DNA from: Lama guanicoe
Taxonomy: Eukaryota
Assembly: GCA_013239625.1 (NCBI GenBank)
Contig: MU053588.1
Span: 769,988-833,987 of the forward strand
Length of the DNA: 64,000 bases
Direction of reading: 5' to 3'
In this document: positions 1 to 12,626 of the stretch, in pieces
Numbering within the stretch: the first letter of the stretch is position 1
Layout of the letters: the number at the start of each line of letters is the position of its first letter
Position numbers and translations under genes: made by a program
Notes under the pieces: model-generated
Told to the model about the DNA's origin: nothing
The model's input: the letters and a program-made list of their open reading frames with translations, nothing else
Database searches by the model: none

Positions 1-484
1 TGCGGCAGAGCTTTCGCTCGGTCCCCAGCCCTCCCCCACACCCCACTTCCCCTAGCCTGAGGCGCCCCTCTCCTCTGCAGTTGTGAGCATTTCCTTGTAG
101 ATTTACAGAGAAAGGTCTGGAAGAAGACACGGAAAACCTGTTGACAGGGCTTCTCTCCAGGGTTTAGATCCCAGGCAGGGCCTCACAGGGGTCCGGAAGA
201 GGACCTGGAACTTACATGCTTGTGAAAATTCATACACAGACATGGAGGAGTTGTGTTTTTGTTTTTGTTTTTTAAGTTTTCCTTTGTCTCCATCCCACTT
301 TACTCCTTAGAAGTAACCACTGTTAGCAGTTTGATGGATGTCTTCCTAGACCATTTCTTGTACATTTTATAGAATTTATGTACACACTCACACTAACAAA
401 ATCTGCCCCCCTTTTATTTAAACCAAATGGGGTCATGCAATACAAACTATCCCACAACTGGCCACTTTCCCTTCTCAAGTGGCA

Positions 485-725
485 GCATGGAATATGAGTA
501 TGAGCTAGGAAGCCAGATCTCCCGGCTTCAAATCCCAGTGCCCTGCTCTCTAGTTGAGCAACCCAAGGCAAGTTACTCAGCCTCTCTGGACTCGGTTGCA
601 TGGGCTTTGAACTCAGTACGGTCCCTCAGTCAGCCCTCCCTCACGGGCTTGTCATGAGGATGCAGTGGGTGAGTGTGTGGAAAGGCATTGCGCCTGCTAC
701 ACATAAGCACTCAGTAGGTGTGAGC
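485..725 (+). mobile_element. MIR SINE
   Basis: ttcaaatccc..ggcaagttactcagcctctct..catgaggat..acataagcactcagta. Further MIRs near 2445-2670, 5735-5930, 13290-13500, 16995-17480, 18275-18490, 36505-36705, 43690-43915 and 62520-62740. Confidence 0.7.
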
Positions 726-1271
726 TCTGCGCGTTCCCTGGGCGCCAGCTGGGCAATCTGCATGACACAGCTGCCTCATGCTTTATTATGGTGGCCGCAC
801 CTGCCCTGGAATCAAGGCTCCCAGATCGCCTTCACCCATCCCTGCTCTCGGGCATCTATGCTATCCCCAGCTCTTCCTGTCACAGCAGTGCAGCAAGCGT
901 GGGCGCCGTCCATCTCTCAGTGTGCACTGGGGTGAGTATCTGAGGCACAGATTCCTAGAAGGGAAATTGCTGGATTCAACTAAAACAATATGCACACCTC
1001 AAATTTCAGTGTGTTAATTCCAATTCATTCTTCCAGTTCCCCCAAGGGAAAAAAAATTACACCGATTTACATTCTTAGAAACAGGACAGGCCGCTCCAGA
1101 GCTCTGGCCTGTGTGGGAGCCTGGCCAGTTTGACTGTGGAAGCTGTACACGGCTGCCCTCGACTCCTGGGTAGGAATGTGGACCCCTCCTGGATGCCCTG
1201 GAAGGTTTAAGTTAGAAACACCCATCCGTTGTGTTCTTTGACATTAAATATGAAAGTGCAGGTTCTCACAG

Positions 1272-2110
1272 CACGATGTCGTGGTATAATAAGAAAAATA
1301 TTTTGATTTTCATCCAGGTTCCCAGCGCAAGAGCTTCCTAAAACCCTTGGAATTTCCTGAGAGATATGGTTGATACTGTCTTTTGTTATTCAAAATAAGC
1401 TCCTTTCAACCATACCTGAGTTTATGCTAAAGAGATGACTCTTGGTGGACCCCTAAATACTTCAGGAAGGTGGCTGGTTGCCAGAGGGACCAACCACATG
1501 ATCAGAGGGTTGGAACTTTTGAGCCCCACCCCTCCGACCTCTGGGAAGGGAAGAGGGGCTGCAGGTTGAGTTAATCACCAATAACCAGTGATTTGATCAA
1601 CTGTGCCTTCATAAAGGGACCTTCACGATACCATAAACAGCAGGGTTTGGAGAGCTTCTAGGTTGGTGAGCACATCCACGTGCTGGGAGGGTGATGCACT
1701 GCACCTCCACAGGAACAGAAGCTTCTGTACTTGGGACCCTTCTGGACCTGGTCCTGTATATCTCTTCTGGCTGTTCATTCGTATCCTTCATAATAAACCA
1801 GTAATAGTAAGTCACGTGTTTCCTTGAATTCTGTGAGCTGTTATAGCAAACTGTTGAACTTGAGGAGCGGGTCGTGGGAACTTCTGATTTATAGCCAAGT
1901 CAGGCAGAAGTGTGGGTAACCTGGGGACTCACCACTTGCAGTTGGGGTCTGAAGTGGGGACAGTCTTATGGGACTGAGCCCTTACCTGTGGAGTCTGTGG
2001 AGTAGTTGGTGTCATGATTGAATTAAACTGTAGGACACCCAATTGAAGAATTGCTTGGTATAGATAACCCACACATTTGGTGTCAGAATTGTTGAGAGTT
2101 CAGAACAGAT
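1272..2110 (+). mobile_element. Solo ERV LTR, MER21-like
   Basis: Matches remembered MER21 consensus along ~830 bp (tataataagaaaaatat..cctaaaacccttggaatttcctga..ccacacatttggtgtcagaa); AATAAA at 1792-1797. Confidence 0.75.
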
Positions 2111-4242
2111 CATAGTAGTTTATGGCCATGGTCAAGGCCCTGCTCACTGTTTTTTAGGCTGATGGAGCAGAGACTCAGCGATGATACTTTCTAATGAGAT
2201 TTCTGAGATTTCCATCCATCTTGCTTCCTGGAGGAGCTCTAAAGTGGTCCTGCGTATGCTCAAATTTCCAATAAAGTGGGGGAAAGATACAGGGAAGTGG
2301 GACAGAAAAGAAATTCTTAACCTAAAATCTGCTGAGCTGTTGCTGACTTTCTAGAGTTTTGTCCTCATGAATTGACTTTGAAGATAACTTGCATCATTCG
2401 TGTATTCACACAACACATTCGTTAGACCTGCCTCATCTCTTACTTAGAGCGTAGTGGTGAAGGTGTGGGAGCCAGACTGTCGGGGTTGGAGTCACAGCCG
2501 CTCCACCTACCAGCCTTGTGAATTGGCCATGTTACCTTTGCCTGATCTGTGGAATGGACGTGCTAGAAATCCTGACTTTATAAAGCTCTTACAACACACA
2601 TGTTAATACACCCAACATGTGCGGCCCTGCCCCTGGCACATGGAGAGAACTCATAAGGTGTTAGCCTTACTGTTTTAAACATCACCACCCTCCCCTCTCC
2701 ATGACCCACACAGCAAGAACATGTATGTTGGACCCCAGTCCACCACAGACTTGGAGCTGTTCAAGGTCTAAGGAGCACAAAAGATACTCAGAGGCTTAAA
2801 AGTCCAGTGGACTAATAACTCTTGTAGTCGAGAGTGTGCAAACCAGACCCCTGGGAGCCTGAGGTGCAGAGTGGGTGGCGGAGAAGTCATGGTAGGACAG
2901 CAGCACTGGGGGCCGAGGGGCGTGGACAAGGCTCCTTGGAGCAGCAGTCCCCTGAAATCCCCCTGCAGTGGTCACCAGTGCCCTTCGGACCAATCATTGT
3001 CACCAAAGGTGACCCTCTCAGCTGCATCCAACCCTGGGGACCACGTGGCCCTCCCCAGACCCCCCGCCAGGGCCTCTGTCACAGCCACTCTCCTGCCTCT
3101 GGCGGGCGTGCTCACTTCCTCTGGCACTTCCAGCTTCTCAAGGCTCAGTGTCGGGCCCTCCTCCCTTTGCTCTCTGTTTTCTGTCCTCAGTCCCAGCTGC
3201 ATATTAGAATCAGCTGCAGAGCTTTTAAAAGACACTCAGGCCCAGGCCAGCTGATTCAGACTCTCTGGGGGTTGGGTGTGAACACCTGTATTTTTCCCGA
3301 GCTCCCCTGGTGCCTCTCCTGGGCAGCGGGGTGGGGGAGAACCCCGGACAACCCCAGAGGCCCCGTCCGCTGGCCACGCCCGGCTTTCCTGCCCGAGCAC
3401 GTCAGCCGTGCTCATCAGCGCACCTGGGCTTGGCAGGCACCCCCTCTTCAATGCAGATCCCAGTCAGGGGCACCCCTTCCCTGAGCCCTCCCCACCTCCT
3501 CCCATCTCAGGTAGCCTCGGCCCCACCCTGTCACAGCACTGCATTTTCTTCCTCTCTAGCTGACTACCCTTTGAAGTGCCCTTGTTTTCTGTCTCTGTTT
3601 ACTTATTTCTCTGGCTTCCTTCTACCGGAAGTAAGTTCTTAAGAGCCTGGGCGTGGTCTGTCCCGCTCAGGGCTGTTATCTTCAGCACCTGCAACAGGAG
3701 TGCATAGTAGATGCGTTAAGAAATTTATTGAATAATTGAATGGATTGTGAGTGCTTAGTGTTGGTGGAATGAATGAATGAGTTCTACATGCCTGGTTAAT
3801 GTTGAGCAAGTGAATAAGCTTTTAGTACTTTTGGGACTGAATGATTTTTTTGGACTGAACGATTTCTAAGAATGTGGTGGGTGTCTGTTGTATGGGTGAA
3901 TGAGTGAATGAATGAGTTTTAAGGACTAACTAGCTTTTACTGGACAGATGAATGACACATATGTGCCTGGAAACTGCTGAATTGCCAGTGCGTTTCTGGG
4001 GAGCCGTCACCCCCACCGTGGGCCTCTGAGAGGAGCCCTTAGACTTGGTGCCACAACCCTGAGCTACCCAGAGCTCTGGGGTCCCACTGAGCCCCCATGG
4101 CAATGAGTAGATCATGTTTCCATGAAGGAGAAACACCTGGAGTAGCTCAGGGTGGCCCTGGACACAGAAGGCTGTATAGGAAGGAGACCCTAGATACCTG
4201 CCTGCCCCCTCTCATCCAAAGGCCTGTGACAGGGCAGTGTGT

Positions 4243-4268
4243 ACACACACACACACACACACACACAC
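4243..4268. repeat. (CA)n microsatellite
   Basis: acacacac... ~13 units. Confidence 0.9.
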
Positions 4269-4399
4269 CCCTACTCCGCACATTGCTTTCAGCTTCTTCC
4301 CAGTGGCAGACACACTTGGGCACCACACATGTCCTTCCTACCCTCAGGTCACAGACCCCAGCGGAGACAGTGCTCCCTGGTCCAGAATGAGGTTGTGAT

Positions 4400-5095
4400 C
4401 CATCCATTCATTTATTTAGCAGACATTTTATTAATGGCCTCCAGTGTGTCAGGCCTGTGCTAGGGATACAGGCAGTGAGGCATCACTCATTGCCTCACAA
4501 ACAGCAGACCATCAATTCCATGGTAAATTGCTTGCACATATTGATGCAGGTACCACCAAAGAGAAATGCAGAGAGCTCAGGGTAGGGATTGACTAGGTTG
4601 TTGAGAAGGGAAATTCATGTGGAGAAAGTGGCATTCATCTCGAGTCTTGAGAAAGAATTACCTGGGTAACGGAAGGGGAGCAGGAATGGCATATGCAAAG
4701 GTCCTGAGGCAGCAGGGAGGATAGATGTGAGGGAAACTGAAAGAGGGACCTTGTGGCCTGAGCTCCAAGAGCAGAGGGAAGGGGAGTGAGCCTGGAGGAC
4801 GGAGAGGATGGTTTTGAATTTTATCCTAAGATCGCTCTGCTTGCTGTGTGGTAAAAGGCCTTTACGAGAGAGGGAAACAGAAGCAGAGGCACCAGTGAGG
4901 CTGTGGTGTAGTGAACCTGTGAAGATCATGGTGGCTCAGACCAGAAGGCTGGTGGGAGAGAAGGATGGACTCAGATCTGCTATGGGGAGAGTCAACAGGA
5001 CGTGGAGTGGTGGATTGGACATGTAGAGTGAGGGAGAGGAAGCATGAAACATGACATTGATGTTTCCAGTTTGAGCCCTTGCATGGAAGTAAGTG
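4400..5095 (-). mobile_element. LINE-2 fragments
   Basis: Antisense L2 3' end catccattcatttattt..gtgtcaggcctgtgctagg and body motifs (tgcaaaggtcctgaggc). Confidence 0.65.
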
Positions 5096-5109
5096 CCTTT
5101 CACTGAGAA

Positions 5110-5466
5110 GAAGCAGATGACCAGTTGCATTCCTGCTCTGACAAATATTCTGGTGTACCATCCTGTCGACATCTCTTGGATGTATGACCTGATTTGGTGA
5201 ATGAAATGTGAGCAGAAGTGACACATGTCATTCCTGAGCGGGAACTTTCAGGGCCATTGCATGGTTCAACCATGTCTCTCCCCTGAGATGTGTGGGGTCT
5301 CAGGTGAAAGGCTGCTTCCTCAACTGGCAGCAAAGCTGGCACGAGCTGGGCCCTTGGCCAATCCATGATGGACATGCAGTGTGAACAAGAAGCAAACTTC
5401 TGTTGTGTAAGCCTCTGAGCACTTGGAATCTTTGTTAGTGCAGCGTAGCTCGGCCCATGCTGACTA
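5110..5466 (+). mobile_element. MaLR LTR (MLT1-like)
   Basis: Typical 3' end gtgaacaagaagcaaacttctgttgtgtaagcctctgag..tttgttagtgcagcgtagc..ctgacta. Confidence 0.7.
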
Positions 5467-8400
5467 TCCCGAGAAGGAGCAAGTTTTGTGGATAGGGAGA
5501 GATCAAGAGTTCAGGCTGGGAATGTTCAGTGTGCAGTGCCTGTGAGGTATATACATGGTGATGTCACGTAAGCAGGGGAATACCTAAGTTTGAAACTCAG
5601 AAGAGCAGTTGGATCTAGAGATATTTTACTGTGTGTCACCATGAGGAAAATGAGAACATGAAGACTCTGTCCATGATCACTGGGAGGGCTGGTGCTTGAG
5701 CTCAGGACTGCCTGACTTCAGGAATGAAGCAGCTGGAGTCAGTCCCAACTCTGTGACCTCATAATCATATGGTCTTGGACACATTACTTCATTCCTCAGT
5801 TTCTTTATGTGTAAAGTGGAGATAATGATGATACCTACCTCATGGAATTGCTGTGAGTGTTAAGAGAGATAATAAATGTCAGCTGCTGTAGACAAGGGCC
5901 TGGGCCACAGAAGTGTCATGTGCATGGTAGCTGTTGTTACAGATGTTATTTTGTTATGTAACAAAAATGTCCAGTGGTAGGCAGTGGAATCAGGTTGGCT
6001 TCAGGTCCAGGCTTAATGCAGAGACTCAAATGATGACAACAGCCCCCAGACTGTCTCTAACTCTCAGCCCCTTTTACAGACAGTTCTCCCCTCATGGTCA
6101 CAAAATGGCTACAGTGATTCCATCCTTCACATCCTCTCCAACTCGGGGTAAGAGGGAAACGCACAGTCTTCAGCTCCAGCACTCCTAGCGAAGACATCAC
6201 TGGGTTCCTGGTTCTGGTTGGGTCTTGTGATTTGCTCCTGACTAGCCCATTGGATGGGAGTCAGAGAGGGCAGGTTCTCAAAGAGAAATCTGGGCTGTTG
6301 TTGGAAGAAGCAGTCATGGCGGCTGGGGAAGCAAACTACAAATGTCTCCTGATGGAAGGCCCGTGCTTTTCCCTTCTTCTCTGCCCTGTGAGGTTCCGGC
6401 AGACATTGTGGCCCCAGACAGCAGGGCTCTTCAAAGCCAGGACACTGGGCCATCCATGGTGCTTACCTGTTTGTCCGCTAGTCTAGCCTCCAGGCTTTGG
6501 GGGCCTGATAAGGGAGCATGCTCTCAGCTCAAGAGAGTCCCCCAGCTTCACAAATGACAGTCTTGGAGCATTTACACAGATACACCATTAGTTGCCTGCT
6601 CTTATAACAGACCCTGATGTCTTCAGGGAACCAGTGTGGCCAGCCCCGGGGATAAGTCCTCAATGGCCCAAGGGCAATCAGGATGGTCACAGCTTCTGGC
6701 TTAACCAGCTTCTCTGGCAAATGGAGTGGCCATAAGTGACAACACCTGGCCAGTGAGACATAAAAGAAAGTCTGTGGAGGTAAGGTAAATGTTCTGGCAA
6801 ATACCCTCCTTCCTGATTAGGGTCAGATCTCTAAGAAGAACACTCTTACATCATCCCTTTCTTTAACCCTTGCCGATGGTTCAGTGAGATGCATGGCTGT
6901 GGCTGCCAGCTGTGACCGTGAGGCCACACGCCAAAGATGTAAGCCAGCAGCACAGTGAGGGAAGGCAGGTGAGGGAGAAAGAGAAAATGCCCGATGTCAT
7001 TCCACGGTACCAATTGTGGGGCTTGGTATCTGGCCTCCTTGTCACATGAGAGAATGAAATGTCTTCATTGCCCGAGACACCACTGGATGGTATTGTTCCT
7101 TGCAGCCAGGAATGCATCCCACCTTCCCCTCCCACTGCCACTTGCTTCTTTCTCATGGTGCTGCTGCCTGGGCCCTACTTGTTCCCAACCACCATCCCCA
7201 GCTGCCTTCCTTGCACACAGCACCGAGTATTAGTCAGGGTCCTCAGATGCCAGCAGCAGAGCCATGCTTGACAGCCTTGGATGGAAGCAGATTCATCAGT
7301 GGCTTACAGAATCAACAGGAGGCCAGAGGAGCAATTGTAGCAAACAGGCAGGAGTCAAGAACACTGGAAGGAAGGAACCCAAGCATGCCTAGCAAGTCAC
7401 ACTGCAGGAAAAGACAGGTCGACATCCCCAACCACTGCAGGACACCCTCCAGTCTTTCATGCTCTCAGCTGAGGTCCTGTACCTGCCCCCTGTCCCCCGC
7501 TGTGCTTCTGTAACTGGGGGGAGTAGGGAGAACTCCTGCCAAAGATACACGAAGGAATGGTGATAACAGCACTGACCGTGAGGGAGATGGTATTATCCCC
7601 ATTTTACAGATTGAAATTGAGTCACAGTTTCAGAAACCAGTCCGTGGCACACCAGTGTCTGAACCCAGGCAGGCTGGCTCTCCCAACAGGGGTTCCCCTT
7701 CAGGAAGATCAGAGCTCTACAGAGACAGCTGGAAAGGGACCAGTGTGTGCCAGTCCCTGAATCCCAGAGAGTCTGTGGGTGTCACACCCTCAGTCTGTGA
7801 GCGTCACGGGGAGACTCGGCTGCACCTGCTCAGGGAAGGGATTTGTGCAAAGAGACCGGGGCCTCCCAAACATCTCTGTGTTTTCACAGAAGGCAGCAAA
7901 ACGAATTGGGGATTTCTGACTGAGCTGGAAACAAAATGCCATCAGCGAAGTCCATCTGTCCGAGGTGTTTGCATAAGTCAGGGTCGCGTCAGGGCCAGCG
8001 CTTTTCCCAACCAGCCCAAACGTGGCCTCAAAGGTCTAATCCTCCGAACTCTGCCAGGCTGACCCAAGGATACAGCTGGGCTGTCAAGCGCCCTCAGCCA
8101 GCCTGGATACCCCAGCCTGGCCTCAGATCCAGGGCCCCTCAGGCCCTCATCTCTGGTGAAGCTGAAGCTGTACGCTGGTCACCAAAGGTCGCAGACCAGC
8201 AGCCCTGGCCGCAGTCTGGCCCACATACTTACTTTGTTGACCCTCATTGTGGTGTTTGTTGGTAATGTTGTTAAGAGGTATTTATCTGTTGACTAGAAAT
8301 ACGTGCAAGTAACGCAAACAGGAGCCAGTGGTGTGCGATACCAGATAAAGCTCCTTCCTCTTCAGAAACATACATTCTGGGAACACACAGTAGCTCACAG

Positions 8401-10289
8401 TCTTATTGGGTGGGAAGCCAGGAAAAAAATCGGAGTAATAAGTGAGTTTATACATAAGTACCAAGGGGGAAAAAATGAAGCAGGGGAGGGGGGCTGGGAG
8501 TGGAGGGGAAAGACACCCAGTTTCTCTCCCCAGAGGCAACCGCTCTGAGCAGTTTCTTGAAAATCCTCTTAGAAATCATCTCTGCGTGTTAGTTTGCTGT
8601 TGTTGTAGCTATTTTGTTTCTCAAATTGGGAGATGTTGCATATAGCTCTGGATATCTGGTTCCTCTTGAAAGATCCCATAACTAGGCGTCCCCATTCCTG
8701 CAGGGCTCGGTTGCAGGAGCTGAGGCCCAGTGCGCTTTTCAGAAGATGCCAGTGCCATCCAGGTTGCCACAGCCTCACCTGGCCCCAGGCCTGTCTCCCT
8801 TAACCACCCCAGCCCTGGGGACTTGCAACTTTCTGCCCCTTCTCCACCCCTTCCCCGCAGTGTCTTCAGGAATATTTCTGTGCTCCTGTGCTGATGGGGA
8901 ACCAGGAAGAGGGTGTGCTATTGCTCCGCACCCCCACTTCTCCCCTCACCTGGTTCTCATTTTCTCTGAGGCTGTAGGTCCCCCTCTCTGTTTGGCTCCA
9001 TGAATCTTCTTCATGCTTCACCTCGGTCCCTCTCTGCCAGCTAACTTCATACCTGTGGGCACGAGATATGAAATGTGCATACACATGCACACACACTCAC
9101 ACACAGGACATCTCCACTCCTCACTCAGAAAGCACCAACAGTCACTGACCACAATGACCGTGTCCATCTTCACCATCCAAGCGGAAGAAAAGTTGTTGGT
9201 CACCTTGAGTCACATGCCCAGCCCAGCCCTCCACTGCCCTGAACAGAATCTGCTCTGTTGGCAGGAGAAAGGGGCACAGCTGGTGGGACAGGTTCTGCCA
9301 CAGGCCATGATCCACTTTCCTCTTCCTTCCCCGCCAAGGGTTTCATCTTCCAGAAGCTCAAGGTAGAGACAAAGGGAAAGGATCCTGCAGAGTACGTTGC
9401 TGGACAGAAGAATGACCTCCCCTCCCCAGAGGTCTGCACGTCAGGATTGCTTACACATCAGGTTAGGAACGGGCTGTCTGTTCACTCATTTGGACACTAA
9501 ATAGTGAGCAAAGTATCCTGGACACTATTCCTGGGGCTGGGGCTATGTCATTGAACAACACAGACCCCCCTGCCATTCTGGAACATCGTTTAGTGATGGA
9601 GATAGTAAATAGATGATGAAGAAACTAATTTCAATTAGCGGTAACTGCTAAGGAAAAAGAAGAAAGCAGAGTGTGTGTCAGAGAAAGGCTTTGAGGAGAC
9701 AGGACTTAGAGTGGTTCGGGAAGGTTTCCCTGAAGAGTGGGCATCAGGCGAGGGAACCAGCCTGGTGAAGAACCGAGGAGGGACACCCACATATCCCAGA
9801 TGGGGCTTCATATGTCGGACGAACAGAGAAGAAGGCCAGTGTGATGGGATCTTAGTCCAGGCTGGGGAGAGGCATCAGGGAGACTGGCCAGTCCTGTGCG
9901 GCTCATAGGCCAGCAGAGGGAATTTAGATTTTATTCTACTGCAATAAGAAGCCACTGGGGACATCTCAGCAAAGTAGTGACAGAAGCTGATCTCTCAGCC
10001 CTCATAGTATCTATTAATCACGTAGATTTCTGGAGACATTCCCTCCCCCAAATCCACCAGTGCTCATGGTGATTCCGCCAGTGTTTTCGCTTCCTTTCTG
10101 GCGGGGTGGCTGGTCAGGTGGACAACAGTGCAGCCTCTGCATACAGCCAACAGTAGACAGGACTCACAGGGGCAGAGGAACATGTTCATTGACACCACAG
10201 GGAAAAGTCAGCCAGGTCCTCCAAAGTGGGAAGCTCCACAGGACAAGTGACCCTTTCCTTCCACAAGTAAATAGCATCAAAATGGGAGG

Positions 10290-10710
10290 AGGAGGGGCTG
10301 TAGAGTAGAGAAGACTTAAGCAGAATACAGGTCTTAACTTGGATCCTGATTTGAACAAAACAACTCTTCAAAAGACACCTTTGAGACAACAGGGGGGAAA
10401 TGTATTCAGACGAGGTAACACATGACATTAAAGAATTCTTATTTAACTAGGTGGGTATGAGAAAAGTATTATGGGGTTTTTTTTTTTTGAAGGCCTTATT
10501 TGCTCAAGATACAGGCTAAAGTATTTATAGGTGAAATGGCCTGATGTCTGGAATTTATTCTAAAATATTCTGTCAGAAACAAAGCAGAGGAGTGGGGAGA
10601 CAGATGAAACAAGAATGGCAAATAGTCAGTGGTGTTGAAACTGATGGGTTTTGGGTATGTTTGAAAATTTCTGTTTTTGGGTATGTTTAAAAATTTCCAT
10701 AATAAAAAGG
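10290..10710 (+). mobile_element. Old LINE-1 3' end fragment
   Basis: gtatttataggtgaaat...atgtctggaattt...tatgtttaaaaatttccataataaaaag L1M 3' terminus. Confidence 0.65.
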
Positions 10711-10817
10711 TTTGGTTTTTTTTAATGAGTAAAACTGTCCAAAAAAATACCCAAAAAAGGTTATTCTCTGGGAGCAGTAATGTCACATCTCATCTTTGCC
10801 TTTTCTCCCTTTTCAGC

Positions 10818-10886
10818 ATGGCCGGGAAGGCACCCCTGCAGCCTGCTGGCCTTGGTGCACATCTGCTGCTTGCTCTGTCCTGCTGA
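10818..10886 (+). promoter_or_regulatory. uORF 1 (22 aa, MAGKAPLQPAGLGAHLLLALSC)
   Basis: ATG at second base of exon, TGA ending 10886; Kozak -3 base depends on the upstream exon outside the window. Confidence 0.5.
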
Positions 10887-10956
10887 GCCACTCAGTCTGG
10901 AGCCCGCGGGACAGCACCTGCCTCGCGAGGTTGTCCTGGCTCAGTTTTCCACAGCG

Positions 10957-11055
10957 ATGGTGGAGAACTGGACTCCACAGTCTCACAACCTTCCCGTCAG
11001 GCTTCAGGGACCAGCATCCTTCATCCTGGGACTGGTGGCCCTGAACAATGGCTGA
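10957..11055 (+). promoter_or_regulatory. uORF 2 (32 aa, MVENWTPQ...ALNNG)
   Basis: gcgATGg, strong Kozak; ends TGA at 11055. Confidence 0.55.
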
Positions 11056-11074
11056 GGGCCAGGGGACCCCATAA
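11048..11074 (+). promoter_or_regulatory. uORF 3 (8 aa, MAEGQGTP)
   Basis: acaATGg, strong Kozak; same frame as main CDS; ends TAA. Confidence 0.55.
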
Positions 11075-11125
11075 AGTTAGTCTTCGGCTTAACAGGGGCC
11101 AGTAGCACTCCAGCACCTGTGGACT

Positions 11126-12626
11126 ATGACCACCTATCGGCCCATTCCCAGCGATGGTGTGGACCTGGCAGCCAACTGTGGGGCCAGGGCCGCCGATGTC
11201 CTCCCTGGGCCGCACACAGGGGACTTCACTCCCATGGGATTCTGGGTCCAGAACGGCAGCATGCCCCAGCCTGTGGGCGAGAGCCCCGCCAGTGCCACAA
11301 CCCGCCCCAGTCCCACCACCCCCGCGGTGCCCAAGATGGGTGTGCGCGCAAGAGTGGCCGACTGGCCGCCCAAGCGGGAGGCCCTGAGAGAGCAGAGCAA
11401 CCCCAGCCCCTCACAGGACACAGACGGCCCAAAAGCCACAAAGGTGGCCCATTCAATGAGGAACATTCAGAACGGACAGCCCCCCACCGGCACCCCCACT
11501 TCCTCAGGGTCCAAAGCCTTCCACCGACTCTCCAGGAGGAGGTCGAAAGATGTGGAATTCCAAGACGGGTGGCCCCGGTCCCCCGGAAGGGCTTTCCTCC
11601 CGCTGCGGCACCGCAGCAGCAGCGAGATCACCCTCAGCGAGTGCGATATGGAGGACGCGGCAGAGCCCCGGGGGGCCCGGCACACCGGGGCACTGCCCCT
11701 GTTCCGCGAGTACGGGAGCACGTCCTCCATCGACGTGCAGGGCGTGCCCGAGCAGAGCTTCTTCGACATCCTCAATGAGTTCCGCAACGAGCAGCCCGAG
11801 GCCCGGGGCGTCCAGAACCTCTCCGAGCTCCTGCGGCCTGATCCTGGCCCACACCTCTCTGGGGGCGGCAGCGGAGCCAAGGGGGACGCCCGCAACGGGC
11901 AGCCCGCAAAGGAAGGCCTTCTGCCACTGCAGCCGGTGAAGGAGAAGGAGAAGGCCCGGAAGAAGCCGGTGCGGGGCCTGGGCGGCGGGGACACGGTGGA
12001 CTCGTCCATCTTCCGGAAGCTGCGGAGCAGCAAAGCGGAGGGCGAAGCGGCTCGGTGCCCGGGGGAGGCCGAGGACGGCCGGAGCCCCCCGGAGGCCAGC
12101 AGGCCGTGGGTCTGCCAGAAAAGCTTCGCCCACTTCGATGTGCAGAGCATGCTGTTCGACCTCAATGAGGCGGCCGCCAACCGGGCGTCCACGGCCCAGC
12201 GGCGGAACACGACCACAGGGGCCTCGGCCGCCTCCGCCATGGCCTCCCTCACAGCGTCGCGGGCGCACGGCCTCGGCGGCCTGGACCCCGCCTTCACCAG
12301 CACGGAGGACTTGAACTGCAAGGAGAACCTGGAGCAGGACCTCGGCGACGACAACAGCAACGACCTGCTGCTCAGCTGCCCGCACTTCCGCAACGAGATC
12401 GGCGGCGAGTGCGAGCGCAACGTGAGCTTCTCCCGGGCGACCACGGGCTCCCCGGGCGAGGGCCGCCCGCCGGAGCCAGTCCTGAGCGCCTACCGCACCA
12501 ACGCCAGCATCTCGGTGCTGGAGGTGCCCAAGGAGCAGCAGAGAACGCAGAGTCGCCCGCGGCAGTACAGCATCGAGCACGTGGACCTGGGCGCCCGCTA
12601 CTACCAGGACTACTTCGTGGGCAAAG
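11126..12626 (+). CDS. SIPA1L3: SIPA1L3 coding exon 1 (N-terminal region, 1501 nt, ends phase 1)
   Basis: ATG in gactATGa context; reads MTTYRP...YQDYFVGK; donor AAG|GTGACG at 12626/12627. Confidence 0.96.

Larger units (their letters stand above)
10817..11125 (+). other. SIPA1L3: 5' UTR portion of first coding exon
   Basis: Strong acceptor ctttgccttttctcccttttcag|C at 10816/10817; in-frame stops (TAA 11072-11074, then TAG) precede ATG 11126. Confidence 0.85.

Noticed and set aside
2834..3484. 216-aa ORF and the many other 60-200 aa intronic ORFs
   Set aside because: Non-ATG starts or no domain signal, often overlapping old repeats; chance ORFs in GC-rich intron.
3829..3866. Short tandem duplication tttggactgaa(t/c)gattt
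   Set aside because: Two copies within L2-tail (TGAA)-rich sequence; slippage, not an array.
11467..12580. Long antisense ORFs (325 aa and 358 aa) and a 219-aa alternative sense frame from 11119
   Set aside because: Shadow ORFs expected from the GC-rich codon usage of the SIPA1L3 exon; no recognisable domains.
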